Positions 9,628 to 18,226 of a stretch of 59,213 bases of DNA are shown piece after piece. The DNA is from Spirochaetia bacterium (GTDB taxonomy: Bacteria > Spirochaetota > Spirochaetia > B11-G9). The position numbers and the translations under genes are program-made. The number at the start of each line of letters is the position of its first letter. Within the stretch, counting starts at the first letter, position 1. The DNA lies in NCBI GenBank assembly GCA_027859095.1, contig JAQIBN010000082.1, forward strand, positions 1 to 59,213, written 5' to 3'. The notes beneath the pieces are model-generated. The model did not search any database and was not told the DNA's origin. It saw only the letters and a list, made by a program, of their open reading frames with translations.

Positions 9628-10758
9628 ATGCTTAAAAGAAATTTTATATTGATGATTTTTTTATTTATAGGTTTATATCTTTATTCATGGGAAGCTGGGT
9701 TATTTTCTTCAAGTTTTGTAAATGTTCCTGAAGGATGGTATGTACTTGAAAATAGAGAAGATAAAGTAACCTTTGCTGATCCTGCAGATTCAGCATATTT
9801 CCAAATTAAACGATACCCTGGGGATAGTTTTCGTTCTGTTTTGGACTTATACAAGTATGTCTCCAGAGAACTTGGTTCTACTGGAGAAGGGGAGTTATTT
9901 CTATTTGATTCAAAAGAGAGTTATTTTTCAAGTATATCTTTTGAATCGTCCGGCTTTTCTTATATGGGGTATCTGGTTTGTATAGAAGGTGAATCTGAAG
10001 ATATTGTTCTTTTATCATTTAGTGATAGTGATAATTATAATATTTATCATGATTTTATAATTTCTGCCATTGATTCGTATTCTATGAATGAATCTGGATT
10101 AAAAAACCCCGGTCCCGTCAGTCAGTATTATTATCCCTGGCCTGGAAGAGATAAAACAATTAACTATCTAACTATGAATGGTCAAAAAATACCTGTTTCA
10201 TTTGATATAAATGAAATTGATACTGCAAAAGTTCTAATAGAGAGGGAAGCAAGAATACTTGTTCAATATACCAATTCTAATTTATCTGATTTAGCATGGG
10301 CAAGATATTACAAACTTATTTATAGAGATAATATTAACCGTCTTCGTAGAGTAGCACGAATAGCTGCCAGTGAAATAGCTGACGATTTTGAGAGTTTAAG
10401 CCCACTGGAAAAGAGTTCAAAGCTGCTACAATGGATCCAGGGGTTTGAGTATCTAAGAACAGGTACATTATCTGACTTCATGGGGCCAATAGATACTGTT
10501 TTTGAGGCTGCAGGAGATTGTGACTCAAGATCACTCTTGTATGTTATGCTACTTGAATATAATGGCATAGATAGTATATTAATGGTGTCATCAGAATATA
10601 GCCATAGCCTTACAGGTGTAGCAGTTGAAGGTAAGGGGGCACATTATTATTACGAGGGATCAGAGTATCTAATAGCAGAGACAACTGATAATGTTTCTAT
10701 AGGACTCATAGACCAGGATATGGCTGATCCTTCTAAATGGATGGGGATAAAATTTTAA
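9628..10758 (+). CDS. Secreted/membrane-anchored hypothetical protein with a C-terminal transglutaminase-like Cys-His-Asp fold (tentative)
   Basis: 376 aa with an N-terminal hydrophobic signal or anchor. The C-terminal pattern GDCDSRSLLYVMLL ... YSHSLTGV ... AETTD resembles the transglutaminase-like cysteine peptidase triad. Confidence 0.45.
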   Translation: MLKRNFILMIFLFIGLYLYSWEAGLFSSSFVNVPEGWYVLENREDKVTFADPADSAYFQIKRYPGDSFRSVLDLYKYVSRELGSTGEGELFLFDSKESYFSSISFESSGFSYMGYLVCIEGESEDIVLLSFSDSDNYNIYHDFIISAIDSYSMNESGLKNPGPVSQYYYPWPGRDKTINYLTMNGQKIPVSFDINEIDTAKVLIEREARILVQYTNSNLSDLAWARYYKLIYRDNINRLRRVARIAASEIADDFESLSPLEKSSKLLQWIQGFEYLRTGTLSDFMGPIDTVFEAAGDCDSRSLLYVMLLEYNGIDSILMVSSEYSHSLTGVAVEGKGAHYYYEGSEYLIAETTDNVSIGLIDQDMADPSKWMGIKF

Positions 10759-11030
10759 TGAAAAAAATAAGTAGCAGACAGAGAAATATACTTAGAAAAG
10801 AGGCTCACACCTTAAAACCAGTTGTTATGATTGGGAAAAATGGTGTGACTCCTGAACTTATTGCAGCAGTAGATGCTGCTCTTACTGATCATGAACTTAT
10901 AAAAATTAAGTTTCAGGATTTCAAAGAAGACAGAAGAGCCTTAACAGGATCATTGTCAGATTCCGTTAAAGCCATTGTTATTTCGGTAATTGGAAATATA
11001 GCAATTCTTTACAGGGAACTGGAAGAGTAG
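10758..11030 (+). CDS. yhbY: YhbY/CRS1 family RNA-binding protein
   Basis: MKKISSRQRNILRKEAHTLKPVVMIGKNGVTPELI is the YhbY signature. The ATG overlaps the upstream stop (TAATG). The ORF track offers an alternative start at 10737. Confidence 0.85.
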   Translation: MKKISSRQRNILRKEAHTLKPVVMIGKNGVTPELIAAVDAALTDHELIKIKFQDFKEDRRALTGSLSDSVKAIVISVIGNIAILYRELEE

Positions 11031-11096
11031 GGACAGGTCGCGACCTAAGGTTGCATAGGCGAGCAGGAAGCTTGCTTCCGACCAGCCTGTCCCTAC
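11027..11096. repeat. 28-bp palindrome unit (GTAGGGACAGG-TCGCGA-CCTGTCCCTAC) interrupted by a nested copy of the GC-rich dispersed repeat (copy A)
   Basis: The arms at 11027-11037 and 11086-11096 match the uninterrupted palindrome at 29308-29335. The inner approx 42 nt (cctaaggttgcataggcgagcaggaagcttgcttccgaccag) are the dispersed repeat. The stop codons of both convergent genes lie inside the arms. Confidence 0.8.
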
Positions 11097-11587
11097 TGTT
11101 CCTTGTATTTTAATACATCTTCACTTACATAATCCAACTGTATTCCTGCCTGTTTGAACATTTCTTCGGATTCATCTGCTGAATGATATCTGTTTTCACA
11201 CACTACTCTGACTATGCCACAGTTAATAATTAACATAGCACATGTTCTGCAAGGGGTCATTCTACAGTATAAAGTTGCTTTATCAATAGACATTCCTCTT
11301 TTCGCTGCCTGACATATTGCATTTTGTTCTGCATGAACTGTACGAACGCAATGCTGTGTGACATGACCATCTTCATGTATGGTTTTTTTCATTTGATGCC
11401 CTATTTCATCACAATGAGGGAGTTCCTGAGGCGAGCCTACATAGCCAGTAACAAGAAGCTGCTTATCTCTGGCAATGACACATCCACTTCTTCCTCTGTC
11501 ACATGTGGCTCTCTTTGAAATTGCATCTGCAACTTCCATAAAATAATCATCCCAGGAGGGGCGTTTATAACTACTGTCATTATCCAT
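11093..11587 (-). CDS. comEB: dCMP deaminase (ComEB/Dcd-type cytidine/deoxycytidylate deaminase)
   Basis: 164 aa. Zinc motifs HAEQNA and PCRTCA. The N-terminal WDDYFM is typical of dCMP deaminases. Confidence 0.9.
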   Translation of the reverse strand: MDNDSSYKRPSWDDYFMEVADAISKRATCDRGRSGCVIARDKQLLVTGYVGSPQELPHCDEIGHQMKKTIHEDGHVTQHCVRTVHAEQNAICQAAKRGMSIDKATLYCRMTPCRTCAMLIINCGIVRVVCENRYHSADESEEMFKQAGIQLDYVSEDVLKYKEQ

Positions 11588-11718
11588 TTAAGAACTCCTT
11601 GTCTTTTTTTTAGTATATCAGGAGATAATGGAAATTAAAAACTAAAAATGAAAAATAAATATATTTGTAAAAAATCTTCATATTTGACAATAATCTTAAT
11701 ATAGTGCAATCTTGCTCT

Positions 11719-12870
11719 ATGGATAAATTTACAATTTCACCAGTACCTGAACTTATTTTTGGTAGGGGTACAATTAAAGAATTACCTCCTATTATTGCTA
11801 AAATGGGTTTTTTAAATATTGCAGTTATAACAGGTGGAAAATCATTTGTAAATTCGATTTATTGGCAGTTCCTCTCTGATTCCTTTTCTGCAAATGGCCT
11901 TAAAGTATACCATTTTATATCTATAGGAGAGACAACTCCGGAAACAGTAGATGGAATTGTACAGAATCTCCTTGAAAGAAATATTGATGTTGTATTAGCA
12001 ATTGGTGGCGGGACTGTCATGGACACAGGAAAAGCTGTATCTGCAATGCTATGTATGTCTGGTTCTATTATTGATTATCTTGAGGGTGTTGGTACAAAAG
12101 AACCCACAGGAAAACGAAAACCTTTAATATGTGTACCTACCACTTCAGGGACAGGTTCTGAAGCCACAAAAAATGCTGTAATAACTAAAATTGGAAATAA
12201 TGGTTTTAAAAAATCACTACGCCATAAGGCTTATATCCCTGATACGGTTATTATTGATCCGGATTTAATAATGAGTTGTCCAATTCCTCTTACCATTGCT
12301 TCAGGTATGGACGCTGTAACTCAATTACTGGAATCATATGTTTCTATTAAATCTAATCCATTTACAGATCAACTTGCTTTAAATGGTCTTAAACTGGCAG
12401 GAAGTAGTTTGTCCCGGCTTGTTAATAATCCTGAAGACATGGATGCCAGAGTAAAAATGGCTTATGCAGCATATTTATCTGGAATAACTCTTGCAAATGC
12501 TGGTCTTGGGGTTGTACATGGAGCAGCTTCAGTTTTGGGCTCAATGAGATCTATTCCTCACGGTGTTGTATGCGGAACATTACTTGGATCAGCTACGGAA
12601 ATGATAATCGCAAAATTGAACAAACATAAAAATCCACTTAATGACGCAAGTCTTATCAAATATTCAGAAGCAGGTATTGCGTTAACTGGAAGTAATAATC
12701 TAATTGAGACTCTTAATAATTGGGTAAATGACTATAAAGTTTCAAGATTATCAGAATATGGTTTCACAGAAATGGAACTTGTTTCTGCATCAAAATTAAC
12801 AGGATTAAAAAATACACCTTTCCAGCTAGATAAAAAAGATATTTTTTCTATATTATTTTCAAGGTTGTGA
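11719..12870 (+). CDS. Iron-containing alcohol dehydrogenase family protein
   Basis: Fe-ADH motifs GGGTVMDTGKA, PTTSGTGSE and GVVHGAA. The ATG at 11719 is preferred over the GTG at 11704. Confidence 0.85.
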   Translation: MDKFTISPVPELIFGRGTIKELPPIIAKMGFLNIAVITGGKSFVNSIYWQFLSDSFSANGLKVYHFISIGETTPETVDGIVQNLLERNIDVVLAIGGGTVMDTGKAVSAMLCMSGSIIDYLEGVGTKEPTGKRKPLICVPTTSGTGSEATKNAVITKIGNNGFKKSLRHKAYIPDTVIIDPDLIMSCPIPLTIASGMDAVTQLLESYVSIKSNPFTDQLALNGLKLAGSSLSRLVNNPEDMDARVKMAYAAYLSGITLANAGLGVVHGAASVLGSMRSIPHGVVCGTLLGSATEMIIAKLNKHKNPLNDASLIKYSEAGIALTGSNNLIETLNNWVNDYKVSRLSEYGFTEMELVSASKLTGLKNTPFQLDKKDIFSILFSRL

Positions 12871-12979
12871 AAACTTAGAAAACTACTATATATAAATATA
12901 TTGATTTTTTATGTTAGTTAAGTTAACATACTATTCACATTGCGTTTATAAGATTAAAGAGAAATGGTGGAGAAGCTGA

Positions 12980-13732
12980 TTGCAACATAAAAATCATTTA
13001 ATACACTATTTATTAGCTTTGCTTACAATAATTCTGATTCCGGTCATGCAATCCTGCAGTCTAAAACAAGTTCTCAATATAGATAGTAGAGGATCAGGAA
13101 ATGTGAATTTTGAACTGACTCTTGCACCATTCTTTGTCGAAGTCACAGAGCAGTTATCAGCGCTTTTTCCCGAAGAAGGGGAAATCCCTGAAGAAGGGCA
13201 AAAACTATTTGATCTTGAAAAAATTAACGAAGACTTTTCTAAAGGAACAGGTACCATCTTAGAGAATTTGGAATCACCTTCGAATAATATTCTAAAGGGA
13301 AACTTGATTTTCGATAATATATCAACTGCATTAAATGGAGCCGGCACAAATAATATTTTAGATATTTTTAGTTTTACGACTGTAAATAATATACATACTT
13401 TATCTGTTGTCTTTAATTATAAAACTGTAGAGAAATTTTTGACAGCAAATCCTTCATTTAATTCACCTTTAATGGAGAACTTTGGTCCTCTTGCAAATAG
13501 AGGACTTAGTGATGAAGATTTTCTTGAAATGATGCAATTTGCTCTTGGTGACGAGAGCCGTTTAGGAATTAAGGGATCATTTTTATTTATGGATGTTAAT
13601 GTTAAAGGTAAAATAGTTGATCAAATTGGTGGAATTGTAGTTGATCAGGATACTGTCAGATTCCAGATACCACTGTTAAGAATTCTTTTATTGGATGAAC
13701 CTGAATCTTTCTCTGTACGTTTTAGTGACTAA
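12980..13732 (+). CDS. Hypothetical lipoprotein
   Basis: 250 aa. TTG start preceded by GGTGGAG. Signal peptide ending in VMQSC (a loose lipobox). No recognisable domain. Confidence 0.45.
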   Translation: MQHKNHLIHYLLALLTIILIPVMQSCSLKQVLNIDSRGSGNVNFELTLAPFFVEVTEQLSALFPEEGEIPEEGQKLFDLEKINEDFSKGTGTILENLESPSNNILKGNLIFDNISTALNGAGTNNILDIFSFTTVNNIHTLSVVFNYKTVEKFLTANPSFNSPLMENFGPLANRGLSDEDFLEMMQFALGDESRLGIKGSFLFMDVNVKGKIVDQIGGIVVDQDTVRFQIPLLRILLLDEPESFSVRFSD

Positions 13733-13778
13733 AAAGGTATATTTTTTTGATTAAGTAGAAATTGATTTTGGAGGGGAT

Positions 13779-14900
13779 ATGAGCATCGAAATAAGAGAAG
13801 TACTTTCCAGGAAGGATTTAAAAAAATTCGTTAAATTCCCCTTCGACCTTTATAAAGATAATCAATATTGGGCTCCTCCATTTATTGCCGATGAAATTAA
13901 AACCCTCAGTTACGATATAAATCCTGCGTTTGAATATTGTAATGCAAAATATTGGTTAGCTTACAAAAATGGGAAAATAGTTGGAAGGATTGCAGCAATA
14001 ATTAATAAAAAATTAATTGAGAAATGGAACGTAAAAAAAGCAAGATTCGGATGGATCGATTTTATTGATGATAAGGAAGTATCCAGGGTTCTTCTGGAAA
14101 AAGCAGAAGACTGGGCGAGAGAAAATGATTTAGATGCAATTGAAGGCCCTATGGGTTTTACCGATTTGGATGAAGAAGGAATGCTTATTGAAGGATTTGA
14201 AGAGCAGGGTACCTACCCTATGATCTATAATCACTCTTATTATCCTGAACATTTGAATGAGTTGGGTTATCAAAAAGAAGTAGATTGGCTCGAATTTGAA
14301 ATAAAAGTACCTGATGAGATTCCTGAGAAAATAGTCAGGGTGAACAATCTAATTCTTAAGCGATCCAAATTAAAATTACTTGAAGCAAAAAAAGCTAAAG
14401 AATATATGCCATATATACCTGGCTTTTGGAAGATTATTGAAGAAGCTTATGCTGAACTTTTTGGAGCAATTCCTTTTACAGATAAGCAGAAGAAATTTTA
14501 TACTGATCAATATTTTGGATTTTTACTCCCTGAATATTCAAAATTTATTATTAATGAAAAAGACGAAGTTGTTGCTGTCGGCCTTTCATTTCCTTCTTTT
14601 ACCAAAGCACTTAGAAGATCAAAAGGCAGACTTTATCCTTTTGGTGTGTTTCATATGCTTTATGCTATTAAAAAACCAACAATTCTTGATTTTTATCTAA
14701 TTGGGGTAAAAAAAGAATATATTGGTAATGGTGTTATCTCAATTATGATGAATGAAATAAACAAGAATGCCATAAAAAATGGGATTAAGTTTTGTGAGAC
14801 ATCTGGTGAATTGGAAGATAATAAGGCTGTGCAGGATCTGTGGAGACACTATGAACACAGGCAGCATAAAAGAAGGAGATGTTTTATAAAAGCATTATAA
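13779..14900 (+). CDS. GNAT-fold acyltransferase-like protein (candidate bacterial ceramide synthase-type N-acyltransferase; tentative)
   Basis: 373 aa. N-terminal region IREVLSRKDLKKFVKFPFDLY and the later GVKKEYIGNGVISIMM segment are consistent with an acyl-CoA N-acyltransferase fold. Immediately upstream of the KDSR-like and SPT-like genes, with a 3-nt gap. Confidence 0.5.
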   Translation: MSIEIREVLSRKDLKKFVKFPFDLYKDNQYWAPPFIADEIKTLSYDINPAFEYCNAKYWLAYKNGKIVGRIAAIINKKLIEKWNVKKARFGWIDFIDDKEVSRVLLEKAEDWARENDLDAIEGPMGFTDLDEEGMLIEGFEEQGTYPMIYNHSYYPEHLNELGYQKEVDWLEFEIKVPDEIPEKIVRVNNLILKRSKLKLLEAKKAKEYMPYIPGFWKIIEEAYAELFGAIPFTDKQKKFYTDQYFGFLLPEYSKFIINEKDEVVAVGLSFPSFTKALRRSKGRLYPFGVFHMLYAIKKPTILDFYLIGVKKEYIGNGVISIMMNEINKNAIKNGIKFCETSGELEDNKAVQDLWRHYEHRQHKRRRCFIKAL

Positions 14901-14903
14901 AAT

Positions 14904-15728
14904 ATGAAAAATTTTGCAAATAAACTGGTATATATTACCGGCGGCTCCAGTGGAATAGGTCTGGCTGCTGCCAGAGAGTTTCTTAAAGATGGAGCTTCTG
15001 TCCTTCTTATTTCCAGAAGTAAAGATAAATTGATTGATGCAGCTGAAATATTGTCTATGAATATAGGTTCTGAAACAAAAGGAAGAATTAATCTTTGTCC
15101 ACTGGATATAACAGAATATGATAAAGTTCAGAATGTTATAGCTGAACAGCTCATAAATATTGGGGTTCCTGATATAGTTTTTAATTGTGCAGGTATGGCA
15201 CATCCTGATTATTTTGAAAAAATTTCCTATCATGAGTATGAGAAGACGATCTCAACAAATTTAACTGGAACCTGGAATATATTAAGCGCATTGGTACCTT
15301 TCATGAAGATGGACAGCCATATTATAAATACGTCATCTATTGGAGGTTTTGTGGGGGTATTTGGATTTACTGCTTACAGTGCCTCTAAATTTGCTGTAAT
15401 GGGCCTGTCAGAAGCCCTTAGGGGTGAAATGAGGTCGAAAAGGATACATGTTTCTGTCCTTTGTCCTCCAGATACAGATACTCCGGGAATGGTCGTGGAA
15501 AACAAGACAAAGCCTAAAGAGACTCATGCAATCTCAGGGAATGTAAGACTTATGAGTTCAGAAGAAGTTGCAAAAGCGCTTATTAAGGGAATCCAACGAA
15601 GAAAGTTTATAATTATTCCAGGTGCAATGGGAAAATTTACTTTTCTTATGAAAAGATTATTTCCTTCTCTTGTATTTGCAATAATGGATAATGATGTCAA
15701 GAAGATAAATAGCACCAGGGAGAAGTAG
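14904..15728 (+). CDS. Short-chain dehydrogenase/reductase, 3-ketodihydrosphingosine reductase-like
   Basis: 274 aa. ITGGSSGIG cofactor motif, S...YSASK catalytic residues and a hydrophobic C-terminal tail. The pattern is like eukaryotic KDSR. Confidence 0.7.
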   Translation: MKNFANKLVYITGGSSGIGLAAAREFLKDGASVLLISRSKDKLIDAAEILSMNIGSETKGRINLCPLDITEYDKVQNVIAEQLINIGVPDIVFNCAGMAHPDYFEKISYHEYEKTISTNLTGTWNILSALVPFMKMDSHIINTSSIGGFVGVFGFTAYSASKFAVMGLSEALRGEMRSKRIHVSVLCPPDTDTPGMVVENKTKPKETHAISGNVRLMSSEEVAKALIKGIQRRKFIIIPGAMGKFTFLMKRLFPSLVFAIMDNDVKKINSTREK

Positions 15729-15733
15729 TCAAT

Positions 15734-16942
15734 ATGAGTAGTAATTCAAAAATATTTGATAAATGTTACGCATTTAAGGAAGCTCAGCAAGCCCGAGAAG
15801 CAGGAATATATCCATTTTTTAAACCAATAGGAAAGAATGCTGGGACAAAGGTTATTATTGAGGGTCGTGAGTTACTAATGGCTGGATCCAATAATTATCT
15901 TGGTTTGGCAGGTGATCCAAGAATGATAGAAGCTAGTGTAAATACTTTGAAAGAATATGGTACAAGTTGTTCCGGTTCAAGATTTATGAATGGCACACTA
16001 GCTTTACATGAAGAGTTGGAAGGGAATTTGGCAGATTTTGTTGGTAAAGAAGAAGCCCTTTGTTTTACTACAGGTCATCAGACAAATATGGGTGCTATTT
16101 CTACTCTTGTTGGACGTGGTGACCATGTTATTACAGATAAATATAATCATGCATCTATAATGGATGGTATATTTCTAACTGTAGGTATGAATAAAGCAGT
16201 AAATGTACATAGGTATCGGCACAATAATTATGAAGAGCTTGAGAGAATACTAAAATCCATACCAGAAGATGCTTCAAAATTAATAGTAACAGATGGTGTT
16301 TTCAGTATGGAAGGATCTATTGTTGACCTTCCAAAGATCAGATCCCTGGCGGATAAGTATCAGGCAGCAATATATCTTGATGAAGCTCATGCTATTGGTG
16401 TACTAGGAGAAACAGGAAGAGGAACTGCTGAATACTATAATAATTCTGCAATTGCAGATGTAATGATGTGTACATTTTCAAAATCTTTTGGTTCTATCGG
16501 TGGGTTTGTAGCCGGTGATTCTAAAATTATTGACTATATCAAACATTTTGCACGACCCCTGATGTTCAGTGCCAGTATGCCTCCGGCCAATATAGTTGCA
16601 GCATCAACTGCATTGGAGATTATCAAGAAGGAACCCGAACGTGTTCATCGTCTACAGGAGATTGGAAAAAAAATGGCAAAGGGCTTCGCGGATATGGGAT
16701 TTGATACCGGAACGACCAAGACTCCTATTGTTCCTCTTGTAATTGGTAATAATGAGAAAGCCTTTATTTTCTGGAAAACTCTTTTCGAGAGAGGTGTCTA
16801 TGTTAATCCTGTAATTACTCCCGCAGTACCACCCAACCGTGCAATGATAAGAACCAGTTTTATGTCTACACACACAGATACAGAACTTAATACTATTCTT
16901 GAAATAATTGGTGATACAGGAAGGGAGATAGGATTAATATAA
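15734..16942 (+). CDS. spt: Alpha-oxoamine synthase family PLP enzyme, serine palmitoyltransferase-like
   Basis: 402 aa. GSNNYLGL, GSRFMNGT (the SPT-type variant rather than BioF or Kbl), DEAHA and the PLP-lysine motif TFSKSFGSIGG. Architecture is collinear with Sphingomonas SPT as recalled. Confidence 0.75.
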   Translation: MSSNSKIFDKCYAFKEAQQAREAGIYPFFKPIGKNAGTKVIIEGRELLMAGSNNYLGLAGDPRMIEASVNTLKEYGTSCSGSRFMNGTLALHEELEGNLADFVGKEEALCFTTGHQTNMGAISTLVGRGDHVITDKYNHASIMDGIFLTVGMNKAVNVHRYRHNNYEELERILKSIPEDASKLIVTDGVFSMEGSIVDLPKIRSLADKYQAAIYLDEAHAIGVLGETGRGTAEYYNNSAIADVMMCTFSKSFGSIGGFVAGDSKIIDYIKHFARPLMFSASMPPANIVAASTALEIIKKEPERVHRLQEIGKKMAKGFADMGFDTGTTKTPIVPLVIGNNEKAFIFWKTLFERGVYVNPVITPAVPPNRAMIRTSFMSTHTDTELNTILEIIGDTGREIGLI

Positions 16943-18226
16943 CCCGTCTCTTTTATAGACAACTTCATAATCTATTGATAGTTTTTTGAGTTGTTCCATT
17001 ATCTTATTTTCAAGTCTAAGATTATCACATGAACTGCCAATGTTCATTTCAAGTTTTCCTTTGTAACTGAATAAAGCTGTATTTCTCCCCGGAACCGGGG
17101 AGTTGCATGGAATTATATCAAAGCTTACTATGGCCTCTTCCATTTGTGGTGGCAGTTTAATATCTCCCATATTTGTTAATACTCCAGAATACTGGCTTCT
17201 TGCAAATAGATGGTAGAATACTCTGAATAGTAATTGTTTTACTGCCCTAGGCAATATTCTAAAAAGTAAATTACTCTCAGCTCTTAAATTTCTTGATATC
17301 TGATTTTTAATTGATTCTGAGTGTCTTTCATGTCTAATATCCATGGAAATATTTTCTATGAGTTCTTGAAATGAATATGCGCCATTCGTAATATTGAATG
17401 ACGGTGAATATAAATATGAGAAATTTCTTAGACTTCTTGTAGGGTAATCTTTTCTCAGGTTTACTGGTATTTGTAATCTTATAGGTAGTTTTGATTTTTC
17501 CTTTCCATCTGCGATATCTTCAAGAAACATATCTTGTAAGACAAAAGCATAAATAGCAGCCATATATACATTCAGGGTTGCATTTCCCTTTCTTGCTTTT
17601 TTGCGCACTTCATCAAGATTCATGATGATTCTTGTACTGTAATATTTATCAACAGATATCATCTCTGCTTTCGGGATATAGGCTGGTGGATTCATTTTTA
17701 GAGCAGGACCCTTTTTGGGGAATATATTACGAAATGCACATTCCCATTCTTCATCTGTTGTATCATCTCCAGGTTTTTTGATCAGTACAGATTCCCCAAT
17801 ATCATAATTAGAAATACGTAAGTATTCTGCTGTAAGAGATAATAAAAAACTGAGTGTTCCATAGCCATCTGATAGAATATGTGATAGCTCAAGAGCTATA
17901 CTATTGTCATGGACTTTGATCCTAAATGGAAACTTGTTTTCATTAAAATTTATATATCTGTTAGTCCATTTTGTATCATTTTCTATAATTGGAAGATCTT
18001 CAGTTCTTTCAAATATGTAGTTAAAGAATTGTTTTTTTAAATATACCTGAAAAAATGGGAAGACTTTGATTATCCTTTTAAGCGCTTCATTTAATTGGTT
18101 TTTATCTATTGGCTGCTTTAAAGAAAGAGCTATTCTGGACATAGTTGTCTCTTTCTTCGAATTAATTGATACAAAAATCTGTGCAGCATTGTCTACTGGA
18201 ATCAATCTGGGTACTATTGCGCTCAT
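16934..18226 (-). CDS. Condensation-domain/WS-DGAT/PapA-like acyltransferase (HxxxDG)
   Basis: 430 aa. The SHILSDGYG motif at about residue 115 matches the HHxxxDG acyltransferase catalytic motif. The 3' end overlaps the convergent SPT-like gene by 9 nt. Confidence 0.55.
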   Translation of the reverse strand: MSAIVPRLIPVDNAAQIFVSINSKKETTMSRIALSLKQPIDKNQLNEALKRIIKVFPFFQVYLKKQFFNYIFERTEDLPIIENDTKWTNRYINFNENKFPFRIKVHDNSIALELSHILSDGYGTLSFLLSLTAEYLRISNYDIGESVLIKKPGDDTTDEEWECAFRNIFPKKGPALKMNPPAYIPKAEMISVDKYYSTRIIMNLDEVRKKARKGNATLNVYMAAIYAFVLQDMFLEDIADGKEKSKLPIRLQIPVNLRKDYPTRSLRNFSYLYSPSFNITNGAYSFQELIENISMDIRHERHSESIKNQISRNLRAESNLLFRILPRAVKQLLFRVFYHLFARSQYSGVLTNMGDIKLPPQMEEAIVSFDIIPCNSPVPGRNTALFSYKGKLEMNIGSSCDNLRLENKIMEQLKKLSIDYEVVYKRDGLY

